Below are positions 44,529-50,970 of a DNA stretch of 50,970 nucleotides, piece by piece; positions within the stretch are counted from its first letter, which is position 1, and the number at the start of each line of letters is the position of its first letter. A model generated the notes under the pieces. The model made no database searches. It saw nothing but the letters and a program-made list of their open reading frames with translations, and was not told the origin of the DNA. Both the position numbers and the translations under genes were made by a program. The DNA is from a virus (Duplodnaviria > Caudoviricetes), in IMG/VR virus record IMGVR_UViG_3300032212_000014, positions 1 to 50,970 of that record; one strand, given 5' to 3'.

Positions 44529-44981
44529 TTAAAAATTGTCATGATTAGTCATCTCCTCTGCTTCCGCTAACCTCTCGATCGCGTTGGCGGTTAAATCTCC
44601 CACTCTCTCGGCGACTGCGAGGATCAGGGCGAGGGAGGCGGTGATTTGAGAAACGCAGCCTCCACAAGGACCCGGCTCACCGTCGAACCAGCATTCATAC
44701 GCCCAGCTATTCGATTCGTCATCAGGCCATAAAGTCAGGTTGTGACCCGCTTCCATACGGTTCATCCACGCCTTCACTTCACCCGCATACGCAATCACGG
44801 CGACCTCGCAGGCTTGGGTGTTTCTGACAAACGGACAGCTAGCCTTGCTGATCTCACAGGTTGTTTTGACGATGCCCTGCCGCAGACAAATACGATCATC
44901 CCACTTCGGCCCACCCGCCTGTTCAATCTTCGCAATCGCGGGGATTGCTGGGGTTAGGTTTGTCTGTTCAGTTGTCATCAT
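44529..44981 (-). CDS. hypothetical protein
   Basis: 150-aa coupled ORF. Confidence 0.6.
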   Translation of the reverse strand: MMTTEQTNLTPAIPAIAKIEQAGGPKWDDRICLRQGIVKTTCEISKASCPFVRNTQACEVAVIAYAGEVKAWMNRMEAGHNLTLWPDDESNSWAYECWFDGEPGPCGGCVSQITASLALILAVAERVGDLTANAIERLAEAEEMTNHDNF

Positions 44982-45288
44982 CTTCCTTTCGTTGTGCAGC
45001 TTCGTAACACCGATCTGCTAACCCTTCTGGTGCAGATCCCCAACCAACAAATGGGAACGCTTCATTAAGTAAAGCCCGCAACCTCTCGTTCTCCGCACGC
45101 TCGGCGGTGAGTTGAGTCTTCATCTTTAGGTACTTGTCAAACACGGCGATCCTCTGCACCCTCGAATCATGGAGGGCGGCGTTGAGGCAGTCAAACTCAC
45201 TAGCAATAGCAAGCAACCCCTCTTCCGAATACTCTCGGCTCGCCCCGTTCTTTAGATTGTTTCGTATGATCTCAGCTACGCCCATCAC
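44968..45288 (-). CDS. hypothetical coiled-coil protein
   Basis: AAGGAGGT RBS; LTAERAENERLRALL. Confidence 0.65.
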   Translation of the reverse strand: MMGVAEIIRNNLKNGASREYSEEGLLAIASEFDCLNAALHDSRVQRIAVFDKYLKMKTQLTAERAENERLRALLNEAFPFVGWGSAPEGLADRCYEAAQRKEDDDN

Positions 45289-45625
45289 TCACCTCCTTGA
45301 TCTCGGCGAGGGTTTGGGTTGCAAGTGAAGTACCTATAAAACAAGCCTCTTCATAAGACCCGTACCCTTTAGGACACCCACTTCCATCGTAATACCCCCA
45401 GTTATCCTTATCTGAATATTGTTCTAATGCCTCAACAGCCTTCTCCAACGCCTCGTCCCTCGCGGCGAGTTTCACCCTTAAACGAAGCACTTCATCTCTC
45501 ATTCGCCATGCGACATCAGGGCATAATCCGTCTCCAGGGTATTTTTGCAGTGTTATATATGCCCCCAATATTCGCGTCTCATCCATCTGCTCGTCCGTCA
45601 GGCGGGGTGTGTCTGGGTTACTCAT
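45272..45625 (-). CDS. hypothetical protein
   Basis: GGAGG RBS; 117 aa. Confidence 0.65.
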   Translation of the reverse strand: MSNPDTPRLTDEQMDETRILGAYITLQKYPGDGLCPDVAWRMRDEVLRLRVKLAARDEALEKAVEALEQYSDKDNWGYYDGSGCPKGYGSYEEACFIGTSLATQTLAEIKEVSDGRS

Positions 45626-46389
45626 CGTGTACCTCCAGCAATCCCGATCGAGTTCCAGCCGTCGAGGAACACCGGAGCCAATCGCTCTGCTCTCCGAAGT
45701 TGTGCGTCCAAGTGGTTGCCGTTGTTGCCGTTCTCAAACCACCACATAGCGTTTGCTCCTGATGCAGCGAGTGTGCGCCCAAGCAACCACGCCTCATCGT
45801 CGTTCATCTCAACGAATGTCTGGCCGTCGGGACGAATGACGAGCTGGAAGGCAAGGTAGATGTCTGGCTTTGGTGACATGCGGCGTACGCTGTTCACCCA
45901 CCACTGAGCATTGCTGATAAACATGATCTGCTCGCGGGGCGTGTCGAGATGCTTCGTTAGATACGCACCTGTTACAACGAAATCGGGGGTAGGTGTTTTC
46001 AAACACTCATACATTGCCGTCTGGCTCATCGGTCGCTTGTGGTTGATATAGATTCCCGGCTCACCCCACATAGCCATTTGCTTGCCCGCTCGTCGTCCTT
46101 CCTCGAAGAACTGCTTCTTGGTAAGTCGCTGCTGCTCTGTGTTGAGCTTGTGCCGTGCGATGTGATCGGGGAACTCCCAATCCATGTACACCATGTCGCC
46201 CTCGGCACGGTGGATCGAGCGGATCATCGCGTCCCAGTTTTCGTGATCCGGGGTCAGGTTCGGATCTTTGCCGCACGGTACTTGTGTGCAGCGTCTATCA
46301 CTGAACTCGTAACCGAACGATGCGAGTGTTTCGCGTGTTGATTCGTACTTGGATTGGTCGCCGTCTGCTTGGCATAGTGTTATGTTCAT
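45622..46389 (-). CDS. putative (beta/alpha)-barrel glycosidase-like protein
   Basis: VYMDWEFP, MAMWGEP, DFVVTGAYL and AASGANAMWW recall the GH56-like motif order; start by ATGA overlap. Confidence 0.45.
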   Translation of the reverse strand: MNITLCQADGDQSKYESTRETLASFGYEFSDRRCTQVPCGKDPNLTPDHENWDAMIRSIHRAEGDMVYMDWEFPDHIARHKLNTEQQRLTKKQFFEEGRRAGKQMAMWGEPGIYINHKRPMSQTAMYECLKTPTPDFVVTGAYLTKHLDTPREQIMFISNAQWWVNSVRRMSPKPDIYLAFQLVIRPDGQTFVEMNDDEAWLLGRTLAASGANAMWWFENGNNGNHLDAQLRRAERLAPVFLDGWNSIGIAGGTR

Positions 46390-47102
46390 TGGTTGCCTGC
46401 TTTCTGTGTTTTGATTTCGTACACCCATACCCACGGATTCGCGTCCCAGTCCTCGCCGGGCTTGGCGTAGGTGTTCCAGACATGTTTAAAGTGCTCATAA
46501 GGCATCGCGCTAAAGCCATAACCCGGAATCGAGCCATGCCCACCTTTACACCCCTCCGCAATCGCATCCTCTTTACTGATCTCCTGCAACCTCTCCACGC
46601 GGACGCTGACGATTTCGAGGATGATGCGGGATGCCCAGCGGGGCATGACGGCTCCTGATCTCCATCGCGGCGTAAAATCGGGGTTATCTCCTGAAAAAAC
46701 CTCTTCACATTCAGTTGTTGACATAGGAATAGTTGAGCATTTCTGCAAATCGCCTTCAAAGCCGACTCCACCTGCTTTGTACTCGATACGGCAATCAGAT
46801 CCCATGAAAGCCTTAAACGCCTCCCGCCCCCATATCACATCGCCGGGTCGGCCAAGGGGGTTGGTTTCAATAAGTTGTTTCGTTGCAAATGGGCATCCAC
46901 CATTCATGGTCATTTTTGCTTTAGTGCGAGCAATCTTTGTGCCCTGGACGCACACACTGTGATCCCATGATTGATGATGGGATGTTGTAACAACCCCATC
47001 TTCGGGCTGCGGCTTCATCACCCGCCGAAACTGTGTCCTACTCCCATCAAGCAAGCCGGGGATCTCATGGGGTTTAAAGTTGCACGCTCGTTCGGCATTC
47101 AT
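46386..47102 (-). CDS. ASCH/PUA-like conserved phage protein
   Basis: GSRTQFRR...PGDVIWGRE...MPRWASRIILEI...VERLQEIS..DAIAEG...WDANPWVW. Confidence 0.85.
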   Translation of the reverse strand: MNAERACNFKPHEIPGLLDGSRTQFRRVMKPQPEDGVVTTSHHQSWDHSVCVQGTKIARTKAKMTMNGGCPFATKQLIETNPLGRPGDVIWGREAFKAFMGSDCRIEYKAGGVGFEGDLQKCSTIPMSTTECEEVFSGDNPDFTPRWRSGAVMPRWASRIILEIVSVRVERLQEISKEDAIAEGCKGGHGSIPGYGFSAMPYEHFKHVWNTYAKPGEDWDANPWVWVYEIKTQKAGNQ

Positions 47103-47758
47103 GATTCGCCTGCTTTCGTTGTTTCACTGGCACGCATCGCGTTGTACAGCTCCGCGAACCGTTCTTGGATCGCAGACAGCAACTTCACATCACGCGGGTT
47201 GTATGTCCATCCGGGGATGTCATCAGTGTCTATGTCTCGATCTGATAGCCACTCATAAAGATCCTGATGAGTACAGTCGCCGTACTCAAGATCATCACAG
47301 AGTTCGATTACTTCCTTCTCCCAATCCTCAGCAGTCAAAGGCGTGGACAAGTCGTCTTCTGGATCGCCATGGATCCAATGCTGATGATCACGCATCTCCT
47401 TCGCTGCTTCCTTGGCGTGAAATCCTTTTTCAAGAAACTTCTCTGCGAGATAGCAGGGACTCAACTCGCCTCTAAACCAGTTGATCCCTTTCCCATAGCA
47501 TGAAATCACGCCATTCCTGCATGGGGTTAAATCACCGTGGATTACGATGCCCTCGGGAGTGAAAGTGACCAAGCACGATTCCATCCGCCCCTCACCGGGA
47601 ATCTTGAGGTAGAAAGACTGGGTTTTCTCAGATACCTCAGAGAGTTCGCATCTCGCCATTGTTTGTTGATAACAGTTGCCCACTGGTTGGACTGGTTTGA
47701 TCGGTTCGTCTCGAAGCTTTACCAGCGAGTTGCACGCTCGTTCGTTGGTCGTGGTCAT
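47099..47758 (-). CDS. conserved phage hypothetical protein
   Basis: IVIHGDL...YLAEK motif; coupled to neighbours. Confidence 0.7.
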   Translation of the reverse strand: MTTTNERACNSLVKLRDEPIKPVQPVGNCYQQTMARCELSEVSEKTQSFYLKIPGEGRMESCLVTFTPEGIVIHGDLTPCRNGVISCYGKGINWFRGELSPCYLAEKFLEKGFHAKEAAKEMRDHQHWIHGDPEDDLSTPLTAEDWEKEVIELCDDLEYGDCTHQDLYEWLSDRDIDTDDIPGWTYNPRDVKLLSAIQERFAELYNAMRASETTKAGES

Positions 47759-47994
47759 GATGTCACCTGCTTTCTTGGTTGGTTGAACTTCTTCATGTTG
47801 TAATACAACTGGATGTCATCTACTTCACGCTGGATCGGTGCCTCAACGATCGCGTCCTTGTGCACGCTCAAGTAGCACGGCACACAACCTGCGCCGTCGA
47901 ACGCTTCGTGCTGCTCGTTGACTGGTAAGCACCGAACCATGTCGCGGGAGTCGTCAACGATCGCCACGCGGATGTAGGCCTCGCGGAAGCTCAT
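47755..47994 (-). CDS. hypothetical protein
   Basis: GCAAAGGAG RBS; ATGA overlap. Confidence 0.6.
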   Translation of the reverse strand: MSFREAYIRVAIVDDSRDMVRCLPVNEQHEAFDGAGCVPCYLSVHKDAIVEAPIQREVDDIQLYYNMKKFNQPRKQVTS

Positions 47995-48218
47995 GGGGTG
48001 GCTCCTTTGCTGTCGTAGATGCGATTCGCGTCGGCGGTTGCAGATAGAACTTTGCCGGTGAGCCCAGCCTGCTGGATCTCTCCGTCAGATAGATCAGGAG
48101 TTGATACCAGCCGTCCACCCTTGCACTCACCAATCCTCCATGTCGCCATTGCACGGCCATTGGGGCCGATGTATACCTTTCCGATTGGGGTGTCGATATG
48201 AGCTGATGCTGCGATCAC
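47991..48218 (-). CDS. hypothetical protein
   Basis: GTGA overlap with the resolvase gene. Confidence 0.55.
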   Translation of the reverse strand: MIAASAHIDTPIGKVYIGPNGRAMATWRIGECKGGRLVSTPDLSDGEIQQAGLTGKVLSATADANRIYDSKGATP

Positions 48219-48754
48219 GCCGCACCCCCGATCTGTCCGGTATTGATCAAGTTCATCGTGTAGTCTCCGAGCAAGATCGCGTCAGCAAGATCACTCCCGC
48301 CGTCTTTCGCTGACCAGTGTTCTTTGTAGATCGGATAGCTGAGTTCAGCTTGAGGCTTGCGGTAGATTTTCTTCTTGCCCTTTGTCCAATCGTTCTCGTA
48401 AATCTGATGCACGCGATCTTGACCAACATTGCAGATTGCCCAGCGAGCAACTTGCCCGACGACCATGCCGTATGTGCCGAGTCCTGCACCCTTGCCGCCG
48501 TGTCGTCCGCTGGTCTTGCCGCTGGTGACTTCGATCGCAAACTGTGCGTCTGGATGTTGTGAGAGCCACTTGTCGAGCTCACGGATGATCTCGTCGATGC
48601 GGTCGATTGAGGGGATGGTGTGTTTGATTTTGTTGCGTGTGTAATCAGTGCGTGGTTTGATCAACGCACCGTTCACCAGCTCGCAACTTGTGTCGAACAG
48701 TGCAACGCCTGTGCACCTGATGGATGGGTCGATAGAGATGAGGGGGCGATTCAA
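48215..48754 (-). CDS. RuvC-like Holliday junction resolvase
   Basis: ISIDPSIRCTG, FAIE and DLADAILLG acidic motifs. Confidence 0.85.
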   Translation of the reverse strand: MNRPLISIDPSIRCTGVALFDTSCELVNGALIKPRTDYTRNKIKHTIPSIDRIDEIIRELDKWLSQHPDAQFAIEVTSGKTSGRHGGKGAGLGTYGMVVGQVARWAICNVGQDRVHQIYENDWTKGKKKIYRKPQAELSYPIYKEHWSAKDGGSDLADAILLGDYTMNLINTGQIGGAA

Positions 48755-49443
48755 GCTGCACCTCTCTTCGTGTGTTTAATGATCATGTCGCGGGCACGGT
48801 TGAGCTTTGCCATTGCCTGATCACTACCACCCTTGTCTGGGTGGCATCTCATAGAGGCATCCCGGTACGCGGATTTCAGCATCGTGTGATCGTCGAGAAT
48901 GTAATCGCACTTCTCTTGCTCGGTTTCATCTCCAAAGAAACATTCGCTGACATGTTCAACAATGAACCCAGCTGCGTCTTCGACTGATCGGAAGTCTTGC
49001 AGCACGATCGCGTTGCTTGGTAGTTGCTTCCAGCCAGTGTATTGCTGACTGTTCTTTGTCACGCCGTAGCGATCGACTGCTCGCAGCGATTCCATCGTCT
49101 TGACGATACCTCGAACATTGTTCCAGAATCCGTCGTATGTATCGCATGGAAAGCTGACTGAACCTTGCTCTGGGTGATCAAACGAGATAATGACACGATC
49201 AGATTTGAACTTGGCTGACGCGTAAGGCATCCCATCGTTGCGGATCTGTGATTCATCTAAGTCAGCTTGTATCACGCATTCATCAACACCGATAGCTGCA
49301 AGCTCGCATTTCAAATCGTTCTGAGTCTGCCCTGCGGTGGATCTGAATCTGCATGTCTCTTTCTCGCGTCGGGGTTGATCCCATTGTTGGATGGGCCTGA
49401 ATGTGAACTCAACATTGGCAGGATGTACGCCTGATCTCATCAT
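48751..49443 (-). CDS. phage protein with C-terminal J-domain
   Basis: YRDASMRCHPDKGGSDQAMAKLNRARD (HPD motif). Confidence 0.85.
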   Translation of the reverse strand: MMRSGVHPANVEFTFRPIQQWDQPRREKETCRFRSTAGQTQNDLKCELAAIGVDECVIQADLDESQIRNDGMPYASAKFKSDRVIISFDHPEQGSVSFPCDTYDGFWNNVRGIVKTMESLRAVDRYGVTKNSQQYTGWKQLPSNAIVLQDFRSVEDAAGFIVEHVSECFFGDETEQEKCDYILDDHTMLKSAYRDASMRCHPDKGGSDQAMAKLNRARDMIIKHTKRGAA

Positions 49444-49468
49444 GGTTCGATTCCTCTCGTGTGTGTGC

Positions 49469-49744
49469 TCATTTCTTCCCTCTCTTGATCATCCGAATCA
49501 TCTTCGATGGGTTGTGTCCGAGGTGCCATTTTTTGCACCACAAACATCTGTAGGCGACGATGCACCACGATCCTTCGTATGCGTCATCATCTCGAATGCG
49601 CCTCGCCTCGGACTTTGCTCGCTTGGCTCCGTACCTGATCTTCCCTTGGCATGACGCCATGTTGTTCAAGAGCCGGTCGCGGCTTGCGCCGCCTGGGATC
49701 TGTCGTCGAGCGTACCGTGTTGCTTTTTTCTTTTTTCTACGCAC
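49469..49744 (-). CDS. basic zinc-finger-like hypothetical protein
   Basis: CQGKIRY...AYRCLWCKKWHLGH. Confidence 0.7.
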   Translation of the reverse strand: MRRKKKKATRYARRQIPGGASRDRLLNNMASCQGKIRYGAKRAKSEARRIRDDDAYEGSWCIVAYRCLWCKKWHLGHNPSKMIRMIKRGKK

Positions 49745-49961
49745 GGCGGTTGAGTATCCTTTCCATCGCTTCCTTTGGGGTGATCAGCGAACCCTCCCGA
49801 ACATAATGGTGCTCGGGCATAGCATCACCGTTGTTGCTCACCGGAGTCGCGACCACAACATCACCCATCGGAGAGCCGTTCTGCGCGTGGTCATAGCCGA
49901 CAACCTGCAATCGCATATAGACATACTCGCCCCTGCGGAATCGATCAGCTTGCTTTGCCAT
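49737..49961 (-). CDS. hypothetical protein
   Basis: TAATG overlap with the helicase stop. Confidence 0.6.
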   Translation of the reverse strand: MAKQADRFRRGEYVYMRLQVVGYDHAQNGSPMGDVVVATPVSNNGDAMPEHHYVREGSLITPKEAMERILNRRA

Positions 49962-50970
49962 TACGCGCCCTTCCTCTTGGATTTGAACTCTTGCATCCGC
50001 GAGACCACAATGCTGCTGGCCTGCCGCTTGGTCATGGCCAAACGATCTTCGCGGGTGTACTGCTTACAGTTTTTCTCGATGAACTTTGATTGCTTGTATG
50101 AGGACATCCCGTTGCGTTCACGATCTTGCGACCACTTGATCGCCCGCTCAACCTTCTCGCCAGGCCATGTGCCAGTCTCCCTAGGCTCATACCCGAGCTT
50201 GTGGAGATACGAGAGCCGGCGTCGTGGCGGGATATCAATCTCACCCTTCTGGGCTAGCTTGAACTCCCGGTCGTTAAACAGGTCGGTCTCGGATATCTCA
50301 AGGTCGGCATCACCAACATTGATCTTGGCGTTCTCCATCCGCTCGACCCGCTCGGTCTCGATCTCTTCACGCGCCTGCTCAATGGCGTCGATCGTGTCCA
50401 TCTCGCCCTCTTCCATCAACTCCTTCGCTCTGGTCTTGACCTCTGGGGGGTCCATGTCTCCGCTGAGAGCGTCCGCCGGCCCAACAAGGTTCATTGCTCC
50501 TTCACGCCCGACAAATGAGAGCACAGTCATGTGAGGCTTCTCTGACGACTCAATAGCGACCTGTCTCTCGGCAACGGTATCAAACCCGTCAACAACCCCC
50601 CTGAGTGGCCGTGTTCCACGCCCGACGCATTGGGTGAACAGGCTCCATGACTTCGTTGGCCGGCAAATAGCAACCACCTGGATCTCGGGCGAGTTGAATC
50701 CTTTGGTGAGCACCGCACAGTTGATCAAATACTGGATCTTCCCGGCCTTAAACTCGGCGATTGTGTGGTCTCGTTCACGCTTGGGAGTCTTGCCCGAGAC
50801 CGATCGAGCACACCCCGGATTATCATCGTTGAGCATCGAGGCTATGATCTCGGCGTGCCGCACCCTTGCTGCAAACACAATGGTCCGTTTTCCTTCGCAA
50901 TACTTCTTGAGACCCGCAACCTGCTCGATCAAGGCTTGCTGCGCCTCCATGATCTCGCCGATCTGTTCCT
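49961..50970 (-). CDS. SF2 helicase, C-terminal part (same gene as 1..794)
   Basis: TIVFA, INCAVLTKGFNSPEI, RPTKS and QCVGRGTR helicase C-terminal motifs. Confidence 0.92.
   Translation of the reverse strand, partial: EQIGEIMEAQQALIEQVAGLKKYCEGKRTIVFAARVRHAEIIASMLNDDNPGCARSVSGKTPKRERDHTIAEFKAGKIQYLINCAVLTKGFNSPEIQVVAICRPTKSWSLFTQCVGRGTRPLRGVVDGFDTVAERQVAIESSEKPHMTVLSFVGREGAMNLVGPADALSGDMDPPEVKTRAKELMEEGEMDTIDAIEQAREEIETERVERMENAKINVGDADLEISETDLFNDREFKLAQKGEIDIPPRRRLSYLHKLGYEPRETGTWPGEKVERAIKWSQDRERNGMSSYKQSKFIEKNCKQYTREDRLAMTKRQASSIVVSRMQEFKSKRKGA
50844..50970. repeat. 127-bp direct terminal repeat, right copy
   Basis: Identical to 1-127. Confidence 0.97.

Noticed and set aside
50844-50970. 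127-bp repeat as a biological terminal repeat
   Set aside because: It falls mid-helicase and 127 is a common assembler k-mer length; it shows circularity only.
1-50970. Stop-codon reassignment
   Set aside because: Genes are full length under code 11, all three stops are used, and no clear suppressor tRNA is present.

Overview
The window is a complete circular genome (50,843 bp unique) of a temperate dsDNA tailed phage, probably podovirus-like. Bases 1-127 are repeated exactly at 50844-50970, which looks like an assembler overlap. The SSB resembles Planctomycetota (Phycisphaerae) proteins, so the host is probably from that group (recall-based inference). Transcription diverges at about 9.3-9.7 kb. 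The leftward arm carries a tRNA/tRNA-like RNA cluster, a tyrosine integrase with a tRNA-derived attP inside its own 3' end, ASCH, DNA MTase, YqaJ exonuclease, ERF and a ParB-like protein. It continues across the contig junction through an SF2 helicase, J-domain protein, RuvC-like resolvase, small ORFs and SSB. The rightward arm carries an early block resembling a plasmid leading region (ArdC-N, DUF3560, MTase), a serine recombinase, terminase, GroES, portal, scaffold, capsid, neck/tail and ejection proteins. It ends in an unusual block (lipoprotein with C-terminal TM, Acb2/Tad1-like, PAS+TM, SGNH hydrolase). The most striking element is the RNA cluster at 7.87-9.29 kb. Only one of its tRNAs is fully canonical. 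The others are a circularly permuted tRNA split at the anticodon, a ~150-nt tRNA-like RNA with a three-hairpin domain replacing the variable arm, and tRNAs with altered anticodon arms. Also notable are a covarying hairpin leader repeated before early genes and two recurring promoter-proximal DNA motifs. All calls are from manual reading; no database searches or folding programs were run.
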